Shown here: positions 1 to 13,572 of the stretch, piece after piece
Numbering within the stretch: position 1 is the stretch's first letter
Layout of the letters: each line of letters starts with the position of its first letter
Assembly: GCF_001194135.2 (NCBI RefSeq)
Contig: NC_068982.1
Location: 62,150,938-62,200,284 of the forward strand
DNA from: Octopus bimaculoides
Taxonomy: Eukaryota
Reading direction: 5' to 3'
DNA: 49,347 bases
The notes under the pieces: generated by a model
The model's database searches: none
The model's input: the letters and a program-made list of their open reading frames with translations, nothing else
Told to the model about the DNA's origin: nothing
Position numbers and translations under genes: made by a program

Positions 1-22
1 GCAAAACAAAAGTCAAACATAA

Positions 23-65
<43 letters not shown>

Positions 66-221
66 TTAATAATGATAATAATAATAATTCAAATTTTGGT
101 GCAAGGCTAGCAATTCTGGGGAGGGAGTAAGTCGATTGTATCGACCCCAGTACTCAACTGGCACTTTTATCGACCCTGAAAGGATGTAAGTCGACCTGTG
201 CGGAATTAAATAATAATAATG

Positions 222-271
<50 letters not shown>

Positions 272-318
272 TATAATAATAATAATAATAATAAGAAGAA
301 GAAGAAGAAGAAGAAGAA
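23..318 (+). repeat. (TAA)n tracts (23-87, 208-293) and (GAA)n tract (294-318) flanking a SINE fragment
   Basis: Read directly from sequence; explains the poly-I/L ORF at 206..511. Confidence 0.95.
88..207 (-). mobile_element. tRNA-derived SINE family A, 3' half
   Basis: ttcaaattttggtgcaaggctagcaatt...gtcgacctgtgcggaatt matches the copies at 2488-2704 and 46820-47020; head missing. Confidence 0.8.
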
Positions 319-2157
319 TTGCAGAAGAACTATAAATTTCTTGATGAGAACGATATATTACCGCCCGAGCAAAAAGGCTGTAGAAGGAGATGCAGAAATA
401 CCAAAGATCAACTATTGATAAGCAAAATGTTAATGCAAGATTGTAAACGAAAGAGAACAAATCTGGGAATGGCCCGGATTGACTATCGCAAAGCTTATGG
501 TATGATTCCACATTCGTGGATCATCAAGTGTTTAGATGTTTGGAATTGCGAAGAATGTAACGTGTTTCCTGAGGAGAAGTATGGTGGGATGGAAAACTGA
601 ACTGATATTTTACGGAAAAAGCGTGGGCACCCTGGATATCAGAAGAGGGATTTTCCAGGGTGATAGCCTATCTCCGTTGCTTTTTATTCTCTACATGATA
701 CCCCTGACCATGGTACTTAGCAAAACGAACCTGGGGTACCAACTAAAGGAAAAATCCCAAACAATCAGCTATCTCCTTTTCATGGATGATTTGAAACTGT
801 ATGGCAAAGATGAAAGTCAAGTGAGTTCATTGGTGAACACGGTCCACTGTTTTAGTACTGATATTAAAAAGGAATTTGGACTCAAGAAGTGCGGAATAAT
901 CTACCTAAAAAGAGGCAAAGCACAGTCCCTAGCAGGGATAGAATTACCGAACATAGACCTGATAATACGTGGGCGATAGCATCACTTCGGTATGGAGCGA
1001 GAATTATAAAATGGCAAAAGAGAGAAGTGAAGAAAATGGATACCAAGACCAGGAAAATGTTGACAGTATATGGAACCTTCCACTCTAAGAATGACACCGA
1101 TAGGCTGTACTTGTCCAGAAGAAAGGGTGGGGAAAGTTTAATTAGTTGCCAGGATAGTATCGAAGCAGAGGAAAACAGCCTGGGGTGGTATATAAAAAAT
1201 GAAGTGGAGCCACTGTTGAAACACACGAAGGCCGGTGTTATCAACATTGAAAATTGTGTAACTAAAGAAAAATTGAAACAAGACATGAACAAAAAAGAAA
1301 AAAGAAAAAAAAGCATGGAAGGAAAAGAAAATGTACGGTCAGTTTGCAAGAAATGTGAACGCCAAGATAGATACAGAGGACTAGTGGTTATGGATGAGGA
1401 GGAGTGACCTGATGATCGAGACAGAAGCATTAATATACGCAGCTCAGGAACAAGCGTTAAATACTAACCATATGAAGTGCAGAATAGACAACACTACCAA
1501 TAGCGACAAATGCAGAATGCAGAGGGGTGAAACGGTATGGCATATCGTTAGCGAATGCCCGAAATTGGCACAATGTGAATACAAAAAACGCCATGAAATG
1601 TGGCAAGAATGATCCATTGAGAGCTCTGTGGAAACCACGGCCTACACAGAGCAAAGACATGGTATGAGAAAATTCTAGAAGGAGTCACTGAAAATGAGAA
1701 TTCCAAAATCCTGTAGGATGCAATGATCGAGTGCTATCACCTGACTAGACATCAGGAACCGGACATTGTTGTGGTGAATAAAAAAAGAAAGAACATGTAT
1801 GATAATCGACATAGCATTCCCCGGTGACAACAGGATCAATGTGAAAGAAGAAAAAATAAACAACTATGACGATTTGAAGTGGGAAAAACGAAGGTTGTGG
1901 TCAATGAGGAGAGTAGACGTGATACCAATAGTAAATGGTGCACTTGGAAATATCAGCACACAATCTCCAACATGGCTGAAAAGCATTGGTATAAGTGTGA
2001 AGGTAGAACACTTACAAAACTCGGCATTGCTTGGAACTGTAAGAATTCTTCGCAGGGTTCTTGAAGCATGACCAGTAAACAAGTGTCACCTTAATCTACT
2101 GGCTGTGGACAGCTGACACTTTCCATCATGCCCAGTAAAATTAAGCTGTGAGGTTTC

Positions 2158-2160
<3 letters not shown>
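319..2160 (+). mobile_element. R4/Dong-type RLE non-LTR retrotransposon, 5'-truncated and frameshifted (RT, CCHC knuckle, restriction-like endonuclease)
   Basis: [45 protein letters not shown]; CRM..ETVWHIVSECPKLAQ..YKKRH; PDIVV and IIDIAFPGD..K..YDDLK; LLGTVRILRRVLEA stop at 2071, short 3' UTR, then (TAA)n. Confidence 0.92.
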
Positions 2161-2196
<36 letters not shown>

Positions 2197-2218
2197 TAAT
2201 AATAATAATGATGATGAT
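2161..2218 (+). repeat. (TAA)n/(TGA)n tail or target of the Dong element
   Basis: Direct reading. Confidence 0.9.
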
Positions 2219-2220
2219 AC

Positions 2221-2430
2221 TTTTAAATTTTGGCTCAAGTCCAGCAATTTTGAGAGGAAGTGAAAGTTGTTTACATCAACCCAGTGTTTGACTGGTACTT
2301 GTTTTATTGTTCCCGAAAGGATGAAAGGCAAAGACGACCACGGCGGAATTTGAACGCAGAATGTAAAGAGCCGAAAGAAATGGCGCTAAACATTTTGTGC
2401 GATGCACTAACTATTCTTCCGACTCGCAGG
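2221..2430 (-). mobile_element. SINE family A, near full length, diverged
   Basis: Colinear with 2488-2704 and 46820-47020. Confidence 0.8.
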
Positions 2431-2487
2431 TTTGATAATGATAGTAATAATGGTAATAATTAAAGTAAGAAGAAGAACAATAATAAT

Positions 2488-2702
2488 GGTTTCAAATTTT
2501 GGCATAAGGCCAGCAATTTCGGGGAGGGGGATAGTCCGTTACATCATCCCTAAGGAATGTTCACCTTGTACTTATTTTATCAACTCCGAAAGGGTGAAAG
2601 GCAAAATTGACATGGGCAGAATTTGAACTCAGAGCGTAAAAGCGGACGAAATGCCGCTAAGCATTTTGCCTGGTGTATCGACGGTTCTGCCAGTGCATCA
2701 CC

Positions 2703-2704
<2 letters not shown>
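2488..2704 (-). mobile_element. SINE family A, full length, in a (TAA)n tract
   Basis: Minus strand reads AAGGTGATGCACTGGCAGAACCGTC (A-box-like) and GAGTTCAAATTCTGCC (B-box-like), ends TTTGAAACC(ATT)n; (TAA)n continues 2705-2756. Confidence 0.85.
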
Positions 2705-2757
<53 letters not shown>

Positions 2758-3185
2758 GGCTATCTTTTAGACAGTTGTAAACCTTGGCATAGTTTTGATA
2801 CATATTTGTTCATAATTTTCTTTAACATACCTAGTATCGCAATTATAATTGGTAGTACTTTTACTTTTTATACCAATATGAAACTTGTTTCAATTCAAGA
2901 TACAAATACTTTGATAGTCTCAAGTTTTCGTTCCAGAGTTGCTTCAGTTTGGAGGGATCACGACACGTATCAGAATGCAAATATTCTCTTTCTTGTCTTC
3001 GGTGGTTATATCTGGACGGTTTGCCTTGAAGTTCTTGAGAGCCTGGACAAGAATGTCTCAGATTACTGAAGCCGGATAATTTATTATATACTGAATTTAG
3101 AACATTTTTGCACCACTTCTCAGTTTTGATGTCTAAATATCAGCATTTTACCAAATGAACATAACTACCGATCGATCATGTCCTA
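2758..3185 (-). mobile_element. R4/Dong-type element, C-terminal RLE fragment (not recognisable in the ORF track)
   Basis: Manual minus-strand translation: HDR, KANRPDITTEDKKENICILI, VLPIIIAILGMLKKIMNKYVS, matching the PD..D endonuclease and terminal PIIIGALG motif; broken by stops and frameshifts. Confidence 0.7.
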
Positions 3186-3281
3186 TATTCTAGTTTTGCT
3201 AGAGCTGGGAATAATTACTGCAATCGATTGTCTTTTTGGGTTGAATACAAGTTTGCACTTGATGTTAAGTTCTTCGTTTCA

Positions 3282-3470
3282 TCTGGCAGAATCGTTAGCA
3301 CGCGGGGCAAAATGCTTAGCAGTATTTCGCTTGTCTTTATGTTCAAATTCCGCCGAGGTCGACATTGCCTTTTATCATTTCGAAGTCAATCAATTAAATA
3401 CCAGTCAAGTACTGGGGTCAATGTGAGCAACTTACCCCCTTCCCACAAATTTCAGGCTTTGCACCTATAG
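3282..3470 (+). mobile_element. SINE family A
   Basis: ctggcagaatcgttagcacgcggggcaaaatgcttagc...gttcaaattccgccgaggtcgac: A and B boxes, reverse complement of the other family A copies. Confidence 0.85.
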
Positions 3471-6312
3471 GAGTAAAGATTATTTTGTCTTTATAGAACT
3501 TTGTGGAACTTGTCAATGTTATTGTGCAACTAAAGATCAAATGTTTTATTTCTGCTCTTAGTCAATAGTTTGAATCAACTATAGCTTCCTCTTTGATTTA
3601 CTTTCTTTCTAATATCAAGTCATTTAACTATTTATGAATCAGATTTCCCATCGTAGATAGTTATCACAATGAACTTATTTTACCAGTACAAATATTATTT
3701 AATAGACAAATGCATCTTAAGGTTGAAGTGATCTTTTGAAATATGTTTCACAGGTTTCCAAAGAGAAGATAAATTCCCCAAAATACCTGAAAACGAGACC
3801 CTACTTATTCTGTTGGGGTTTATTTGAATAGACTTTCAGTCAATATAACTATGAGGAGAGAAAACGCACAGTAGCAAACACCTACTAATATCGACTAATG
3901 TTTGCTTCCTTTTTATATATAGAGATAGTACATCTCTTTCGTAAAGTTCACATCTTTCTACAGGAAAAGTATATTTTTTACTCCCCTAAGAACTTAAGCA
4001 ACAATTAATGAAATACTATATGCGTGGAAAATTAAGATTAATTTTCCAGTCTCAAGTGATACAACAATGCTTGTAGCGATACACATTGAATGACAGAAAG
4101 AATTAGATTCTGCCCATAAACTAGAAGTATTACTACGGACATTGTTTTGGTTCTGTTAAGTCAGCTCATATTAAATCTCAATCTGTTTAGTTTGAATACA
4201 AGCCTACAAAAGAATCTTTATACGTTATAGCTCGATTTGGTTGAAGTGGCAGCCAATCCCTCCTCAGAAAGATCGTACCGGCGAATCAGTGTATATGGCG
4301 GGACAGTTTTGATTAAAGGGCCTGATTGCTCGGGGATGGACCAGGAAATACCACCAAGCTTGAGTATCTGGAGCGCTTATTGGGTACAGAATCAACCAAT
4401 AAAGTGAAAAAAAGCACCCCCACAAAAAAAAAAAAAAACAGCTACTTCCTCCAACAATTTATATACAAATGTCAAAATGTGAAAGAGAAATATCCAAGAA
4501 ATAGTTGGACGTAAAAGACAATTTGAGACGAATAATTGAATAAATATAATTCATGAAAACATTTTATATATCAGAATCGATAAAATGAAAAAATGAAGAT
4601 GAGTTCACTTTCTAGTAATAGAACACTGACAAATAATTTTCAAGTGGCTCATCTTTCAGACTCCACGCCTGGTGCTTTGTTTTCAGAACTAAAATCCTCT
4701 GGAATCTTTAATTCGGTTTTTCTTACAAGCAATGACCTTACAAAACTTCGTACTGAACATTAGCCGCATCAATCTGGCCAGTCTGGAAAAAAATGTTATG
4801 ATCTATAAAAGTTAGAATAGAACAGTTACAATCCTATCAACTCTTTTTTTTCTCTTACCCTGCTGTAGTCGTTCTCTTCCTTCTTTTCTCTTTCTTCTCC
4901 TCAGCAGGTCCTCTTCACTCACGTATTTTCTTTTTTATTTTTCGCGAAAATCTTATAGATAAACGTCAAATTAATACGAGTGGAATACCCAACATAAATA
5001 CTGAGTTATACATGCAAATACATGCAAACACATGAAACCATGTGTGTACATGCATTTATTCACACAAACTTCCTCTCTCTCTCTCTCTCGCGCGCGCACA
5101 CACACACACGCGCACACACACACACACAAGCTTACACATAAACACACATTATGAATAAAAACAATATTAAGTAAAAAAAGGACACAAAGTGAAATTGCGG
5201 AGTACGATATTAGTTGGATGTTCATTCTTTGCACCGTTACATTCTTTGCACTCGTTTTATCCTAATATGGTTCTTCAAGTTATGATTCATAATCCACCTT
5301 TCTGTTTCTTCGTCAAATACAAAAATATATAAATACAAAAGGAGATAAATCTGTTCTTCGCTCTGTTTGAATTTATCATAGTAAGTGTTCTCACTGCCTC
5401 TCATGTTTGTGTTATTAATCCAGCAACACATCTATGGTTTTTGAACAATAATATATTCTATACCAAGCTGCTACATAGCAAATTAAGCGCTAACTTATAA
5501 GCAATCAAATGCCTTTTGTAGCGCTTGAACCCCGGAAAACCTACTTACCTTGAAATATCACATCAAAATATTCAACCGGCATCAAGATTTAATCTCTTCA
5601 TGTTCCCATATGCGCATATATCTACTTCAAAAATTTATCATCGTACTACTCAGGGAAAAAACGTAATCCCAAATTGAATCTACATTTCCTTTTCTTCTTC
5701 TTCATTTTCCTTGTTTATTCTTTCTGCAAATCGTATTTTGCGCCAAATTAGTGATAGCGATAGAGTAATCTAATTTCTTTAATAGATTTATAAGTAGGTA
5801 CATAGAAATTTTAACGATAATTCCAACCAAGGAAAAATGAAATCCCCCATCAAGTACACATCCCCTTTTCATTTCTATTCTCATTTCTCTTCAAATAGTA
5901 TAGTAATAAAGTTAGAGTGTCTTTCTCATTGAATAAATGCTCTTGTGTCTAGCTCGCAACTACAGTAGACATATAAATATCCATTTATACGTTTATACGT
6001 TATCTAAATAACGATATTAGCACACACACACACACACACGCACACACAAGCACACGCATACACGAACACACAAACGCGCGCATACATATGTAGATATTAA
6101 ACCAATCAAATTAATGCGCTAACGTACAGAGGTATGCAGCATAAAATAAACAGTTTAAAATATTAAATAGACATACAAACATATACACAAAGGTGCTTAA
6201 ACATTTACACAGAAGCAATAGAAAAGACAAAGTAATAACAGAATTGTAGCAGCGAGTCGAGAAAATAAACCAGACAATTTGAGCATAATAAAAATATAGA
6301 CTTGTTCTCATT

Positions 6313-7508
6313 TATTAGGCTGGAAAGAAAGTCCTGTCACATTTTTTTCACGATCACTTTGAGCGTACTTTTTAATACTTACGGTACAATAAACATTAAT
6401 GTTTGCATTCTATTTTTTCTTTCTTTGAAGATTATTATATACCGTAGAGATTGAATTCGAATCAATTCTATCCTTTTAAAATGAGTTTGGATCAGACGCA
6501 TATCAGACTCTATATGCTGTATGAATTCAAGATGGTCACTTCTGCAATATTCGTTCTGTCTATGCAAATTAAGCTTTAAATTTCCAGATACACTAATAAT
6601 AGCTTGGTCTGCTTCACTCACGAAATTTTTTCCCTGAAATTCTATTCAATCTGGTTGGACGATCAAGTCCTGTCAATATCGATCTCTTGATGACCGTTGT
6701 TGAGGATATTCCGAAGCACACTGCACGAGAATTAGCAAAACAGTTCAATTCGTGTCATACTTCACTCACAAAACAGCATCATGAATCAGGAAAACATCTA
6801 AACATGATCAGTGGGGCCGCTACTTACTTAAATCAAAGTGTTGCCTCATGTTCGTCATGTAGACTTGCTCCCAAACCTTTTCTGGGTAGAATCACCATAA
6901 GTACTGAAAAGTGAGTTCTCTATAACCGTATCCAAGGAAACGACAATGGTTAGCACCCAAAAGAAGAATACAACCCCAAACCAGGACTCGACTCGAAAAA
7001 TGTCGTGTCTGCGCTTGGTGGGATAGGAAGAGTTTTGTCCATCATGGAGTGGTAAATCAACACGAAGCAGTTTATGCACAGAAGCATTGCACAAAAATTT
7101 TCAGAAAAGCGCCCTTCATTGGTCAGTCATAAAGGGGTTCTTACTCGATAATGCAAGATCACATATCTCAATCATGCAGGAAGAGATTATGACATTAAAT
7201 ATGGATGTTTTGCTTCTCCTTCTTCACTCTCCTAATCTTACTCTATCCGATTATCATCTTTTTAGATCATTGAAATATTATTTAGAAAGTGTTTTTAATT
7301 GTGTAGAGGTTAAAATGATGTTGAGTTTACCTTCGCGCTTTATCCTGAAAGATTTTACTAACGAGGGATCAACAATTTACCAGATAGATGTGGTTTTCCT
7401 CTTAAAAATGAGGAGAAATATTATCTCGACCAAATTTATAAACTAGGACCGAAGAAGCATCTGTTTCTTTCTCTTGAAAGGCTACAAAACTTTCTTTCCA
7501 GCATTACA
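6313..7508 (+). mobile_element. mariner (DD34D-type) transposon relic, about 1.2 kb with TIRs
   Basis: TIR core gctggaaagaaagt (6319-6332) is the perfect reverse complement of actttctttccagc (7489-7502); decayed motifs TARELAKQF, FLGRITISTEK*VLY, LDNARSH, HSPNLTLSDYHLFRSL; D-D spacing 33, one short of canonical. Confidence 0.85.
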
Positions 7509-7605
7509 GAATAAAAGAATGTACTACAAAATAGTGGATTATGAAACTTTACCGACAGATTTGTATTGTGGCGAAACTAGTAGAAACTACATCAAGTTAA
7601 AAAAT

Positions 7606-7739
7606 GTGTACACACACATGCACACGCAAGCACACATACGCACACGGAAGCATACACACACACACGCAAGCACACACATGCACACACATGTACACACAAG
7701 CACACACACGCACATGCAAGCACACACACAGAAGCATAT

Positions 7740-7785
<46 letters not shown>
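7606..7785. repeat. (CA)n-derived compound microsatellite
   Basis: Direct reading; source of several HT/CV ORFs. Confidence 0.95.
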
Positions 7786-8480
7786 GTAAACACACGCATT
7801 ATTAATATAACTGTTACATACGTTTATAGTTTTAGCTAAGTGCATGCCGTTTCTTAGAATTTCATGAAAAATCCGTGATATTTCTCAGACGAAGCTAGTT
7901 GTTTGAACTGATACCTCTCTCGGTCAGAACCTATCAGCATAGTTTGACATATTGCTGACTTTCTGGCTGTCTTGCGCATGGTATAAATGTTTTTTCCCCC
8001 CAGATATTTAAGTTTAGTCTGGCTCAATAGCTCGGTTGAAGTTTGAAAAAAAAAAAAAAAAGAAAAAAATGAATTTGTTTTCTTGACGATACGTAGAAAT
8101 TAGTTCTGATTTTGTGTTTAACGTGTCTCTTGTTTTAGGAAGATGAAGTATTTTTCTTCATTATAGAATTCAAAGAAATTTAAAGGGGTGTTATTTGTGG
8201 CTAAAATGTAGTATTGACCAGATGATATTAAATGTATCAATGTTGTGATTTTTCAAGTCCTACATATGATTTGATAATGCTTTGCTTATATATGTGTCTT
8301 ATATCTGTTTGACTATAATCGGATTTACAGTTTCAGTACCGTCTCTTGAATCAGCTATTACATATTTCGATATAATCTAGAGGATTTTTATAGAACTGAC
8401 AATGTACCTTGGTGTCAACTTTGCATAAATTATCCTACAGGTATAATTTTATTTTGATAATTACAGTTGTCTATCTATTA

Positions 8481-8703
8481 CAGTAATACCTCGACTATCG
8501 CGGGTATTACGTTCCAAAATCCCCCGCGATAGGCGAAAATCCGCGAAGTAGAAACAGTACTGTACTGTATATCTTTTAAAATTATTTTTATAATTTGCAT
8601 ATATTTTTTTAATTATAAATGCAAAACAATACCACGGAGGAATCGACGTAAGCTTAAATAATGAACCGCGATAGGTGAACCGCAATATGGTGAGGGATTA
8701 CTG
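8481..8703. mobile_element. Tigger/pogo-like MITE, 223 bp
   Basis: Imperfect TIRs CAGTAATACCTCGACTATCGCGG and CCGCAATATGGTGAGGGATTACTG, with TA on both sides (8479-8480, 8704-8705); non-coding AT-rich centre. Confidence 0.85.
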
Positions 8704-10036
8704 TATTGACAAGAGTTTGAAGGGTATTTTTGGATAATTGCGTATGTAAGGGATTTCCATGATTTAGAATATGTTAGGTAGTATGGAGATCTGTTATTTG
8801 CTTCGATATTAATCATGCAACTGTATCTAAATTTTATATTTTGCTGATTAAATGTTCTGAAATATTTTTGCCCTGAGAGAAAATACTTCCGGATGATTTC
8901 TGGAAATTCTTAACAACATGGGAATTCACACTGAAGCTAAAGGAAGAGCTCAACTAGATTACATACACACATAAACTATACCTAACTTCCACATGTTTTC
9001 ACACTTATATTTGCACAATTTTCACAGACTCCTATATATAAGAATATGTAGAAAATTACACACACACACACACGCACACACACACATTTCCATTTCGAAG
9101 GTGTCCTTGCCAAGCTGGCCTGGAGTAGAGAGGGCCTGTCACGAAAGAAGTCGGTGAAAGTCGGAAGAACTTTGACAAACAGAACTGATTGATTAACCGA
9201 AAGATTATTCAAACATTCTTTTAGGTATTTGTTTACTCATCTAACCAACTGACAATTAATAATAAAGAAATGGTGTTAAATCAGTGCATGTGCATAACTG
9301 GCGTAATGACCCTCCTAAGATACGAGAAAATGAATAGTAGCATGTCTATTTGTTACACAAACTCAGATAAGAATAAATTGGTTTGATCGAATTTGCATAA
9401 TAGTGTAAATGTCGTTGACGCAAATTATTTAATTAATAAACGTATTACACAGCATTGAAATAAATACAGATGTAAGATAAAGTTGAGCGCATCTTTTCTT
9501 TAGTAAATATACTAGCAAGCTTGTTTGCTAAGTTGTGGAAACAATTTATAGGATTGATTTACTTCTGGCTGATCTGAAAATGGCAAATGAAGAGACGTAT
9601 AGGTCTTGGTTTGTCAAATTTGACCACTTGAGTATCGATGTCACCTTTCGGTAAGTAAATTAACATCCCAGTGCTAGAACCTGTATTGTGTAGTCACTAC
9701 ATTTTGTGCATTTGACAGTCTAATGCAAAGAAATACATAAATAGCTTGACAGATGATGTAATATAAGTGATGCAGCTCAGAACGGACGTTAAAAAAATAA
9801 TGCATTATATATTTACTTAGTGAGTGACACAGTAGATGTATGCTGGGCTTATAACTCAAGGGTCTGTTGTCCGAAACTATCTTCTGTGAAGTAATGGATA
9901 TGTTTGTTATTTATACATCATAGACAACTGAGTTGTCTTAAATGTACGTATATTTATAGACAACTGAGTTTTCTTCAAACACAAATAACAACCAAATACA
10001 TATATACAAATATAACAGCCATATACAAATGTATTG

Positions 10037-10137
10037 TATGTATGTATGTATGTATGTATGCATGCATGCATACATGCATGCAATCATACATACATACATA
10101 CATACATACATACATACATACATACATACATACATAC
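10037..10137. repeat. (TATG)n/(CATA)n tetranucleotide tract that switches strand centrally; another (TATG)n at 11400-11475
   Basis: Direct reading. Confidence 0.9.
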
Positions 10138-11409
10138 TTCGTGTTACACTTAGAAGTGGTGCACAGTACCAGAATATTCGACTCTAGTCAAATATAGCAA
10201 ACCACTTTAAATGCCTTAACTGAGGAAGGTTTACGCAATGAGTGCATTTCTTATTATATATTATGCAAACCCGAAACGTACGTATTAAATGATTTCAAAT
10301 TATAATACTATTTAGTTTGACTTCATTATTACAACTATATAAGAACACCTATACTGCTAGAAATAAGTGGTAAAGGGCTCTGTTGCTGCTGTCAACGCAC
10401 ATATAATTGTATACAAACATGCGGGAAGCGACCGTAGATGACCGGAAACTGGCGACTGTGATATCCCTTTACAGTACGGTTTCAGCTTTAGGTCGAAGCA
10501 TTGTCAGGAGGGTCGGCAGAGATCGCCAGCTCCCGGACAGCCACGCTACGAGCATATGTGTTTATTCCATAAAAATTTATGGATGATTTAACGAATCGCT
10601 AATGTGTATGCTAATAATTAAATGAGGCAGCTAGTTAGCAGGATTTCACCAAAAAGGAAAATAATGAATGCCATTAAATATGACCGAGGGTGATAGAACA
10701 CCTACACTGCTAGAAATAACAGCTAAAGGGATCTGTTGCTACTGTCAACACACCCTCTCCTCCACCCAATTTATTAAAGCCGAAAAATAACTTCACAAAC
10801 TGTTATTCAGAGTTTCACATTACTGTTCGGCAGACAGTTGCGAAAATACATAAATAGAAATACGTTCAAACTATACTATGCAATAGAAATCTATAGGGGG
10901 TTAAGGGGGTCACCAATTGACCGGGGTACAACAAAAGCCAAGTAGCATAGTAGGCAGAGGTGACAACAACAACTAGACTTTTCGCTCAGTATATAGGGCT
11001 TTTAGCAATCGCTGTTAAAAGTAGATTCGGTGTTAAAACACATTTTCCTCTCTATGACCATAAAGCAAGACAGACATGTCTATTTAATCAAAACTAATTT
11101 GCTCATAAATTTACCTTATGCATCTACTTATCATAACGCCGTGAAGCATTTCTATTAATAAATTAATTCACGCTGCCAACACTTGCGTTGTTATGCAAAT
11201 TAGAACAAGCAAATTCTATCCTAGTTTGAGTTCACTATAAATATCTATTAGCCGATATTCTCTCTGTAGTCAGAGACAATATGCATGTGCATTAATTAAT
11301 AAAGACACTGTACAGCGTTAGGCTAAATAGGGGTGGAATGTAAAATTGCGTTCATGGTAATGCTCCAACAATTTCAACTAAACAATCATACATAAATATA
11401 TGTATGTAA

Positions 11410-11440
<31 letters not shown>

Positions 11441-13129
11441 CGTATGTATGCATGTGTGTATGTATGTATGTATGTGTGTTTGTTTGTGCGTTTTTACTCT
11501 TTATCAATGTGTGTATCTATCAGTATGTGTATATGCAAGTATACATGTAAACGTTTACGGATGTCTTTCCCCTTCTTTTCAAATATATTCAGTCTGTGTA
11601 TGACAAGTCTCTATTGTTAGATATATTAGCTGACAATTGATTACTAAACTCCAATGAACCTCATTTGAAAAGTTTTGCATATTTCCATCATTCTACGCTG
11701 CGGGAAGGATTCTGTAAGATGTGGGTCATCAGTTTTCGTTTATTTCTTGAGGATACTAATTCTTCATGGTTATCACAAAAGCAAATTGTTATATAACTAA
11801 TTACATTATTAAGTATTAACCACTGATTTTCATATTTATTCAGTCCATCTCAATGACTAATTTTCACAAACATTTAGATATTTTGATTTTCCTTCCAGAT
11901 ATTCTCACTGTTACGGTGAAGCTACACTTTCTCTGAAATGTTCAGTAAAGGTTAAAGCCCAATTTGTCGGTCTTTCAGACTAAAAGCAATGAAGAATATA
12001 ATATCGGGCATTGACTAATAGTATTTTCTTTTAATGTTTATTTATCTTAATTTAGCCTTTTAATAATGCAGGCATTTAAGATTTTTTTGCCGTTTTAGAT
12101 ATAACCCATTGTTTGATTGTTAATATTTCTTATTACCATAAAAGTGTTCCTGCAGAATCCTTGACCTGCGATATATTTAAATTGAAGCCATTCCTTTTCA
12201 GCTGTTGCTTTTTGATGATTTTCTCTATTGAGCAGAGCTTGGAATATTCAATGCTCTTTAGACAGAATAGCTTCTCTCATGGCTGTTTCCTGGCGATAAG
12301 TATGTTGACTATACACAATTCAATATTCTTAATCTTTAATTCATTAACTAAATACTAAGAACGAATATTCAGAAATAGCTGACAGTCTTATTTGTCCTAG
12401 ATTAGTCTTGACTGAGCAGCACTGGTGGTCCTCAATATTCCTACATTCTGTTTCCATAATTGTCGAGGTTTCGAAAGTTTGGTCGGTACGAAATTCGAAC
12501 TTACGTATCTCGAGGACTAGCTGTAATGGATCTCTGTCGTTCGACATTGAAAATTCAGTCTTTCGATCAACTGAATTATCTGCTCTTGAATTAACGTGTA
12601 AGCAGCTGAGCATTCAGTAAATTATCAGGTAGAATCAGTGAGACACAGTATGTGTGGTAAGGCTGTATTTTTTTCTTAATTACATTCGGCCATACTGCAA
12701 CTATGGATTGTCCGTATGCACACACAGAACAAGTAGACATAAACTGGAGATATGAACCTTAAGGACTGCCTGTAATATATGATCACAAACATTTCACCCA
12801 AGATCACCTGCTTTTTTTTTCTCGGGTATGGAATATCAAGTACTACGCTATGCAATATGTTCTTTTATTTGAGAAGGCGTGTTTTGATTTGAGAACATAT
12901 GCGATATATGAAAGTATCGTTGTGCCATCAGTACAAGAGTGAACTTCGAAATAGTGGCTGGTCTGTAAAAGCTACATTTCGCCACGCAGAATTTCACTTT
13001 TTCTTTCTTGGCAGACACTGATAACAACAACATCAACAGCGACACCAATAGTACGACCAAATCTTCACATCTGTGCGTTATCTAAGATGGCGTAAGTATT
13101 CTTCGTATTTCAATTTGTCTTAACATTTA

Positions 13130-13495
13130 ATTCAGTACTTACTCCGGTGTTATCAATAAATCTATGAAGATACTTCTATCGGCTATATGAAGCCGTTAAA
13201 GAATTATTGGGACAAAGTTCATCCAAACTTGAACCAATTCGCTGATAAACAACTTCGACAACAGACAGCTTTCATTGCTGTAAAAATAACTGTTACATGT
13301 AGCAATTGTTATTCTAACTTTTATGATGTTAAAATATTAACTGGTAGAAGTTTCTCAGGGGTGATTTCAGCACGAATAACATATGTTTAAGTATGCTTTA
13401 TTAATATGTTACCGACACTATGAGGACACCAAAAACAATCATAAGCTTCACTAGAAAACAGAAGAGAAGAGAAATAGAAAAAGAGAGAGAAAGAG

Positions 13496-13572
<77 letters not shown>

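Noticed and set aside
4840-4925. Strong polypyrimidine tract plus CAG
   Set aside because: No credible downstream exon or donor
12344-12613. 89-aa minus-strand ORF with an internal GTAAGT donor
   Set aside because: No recognisable domain or partner exon
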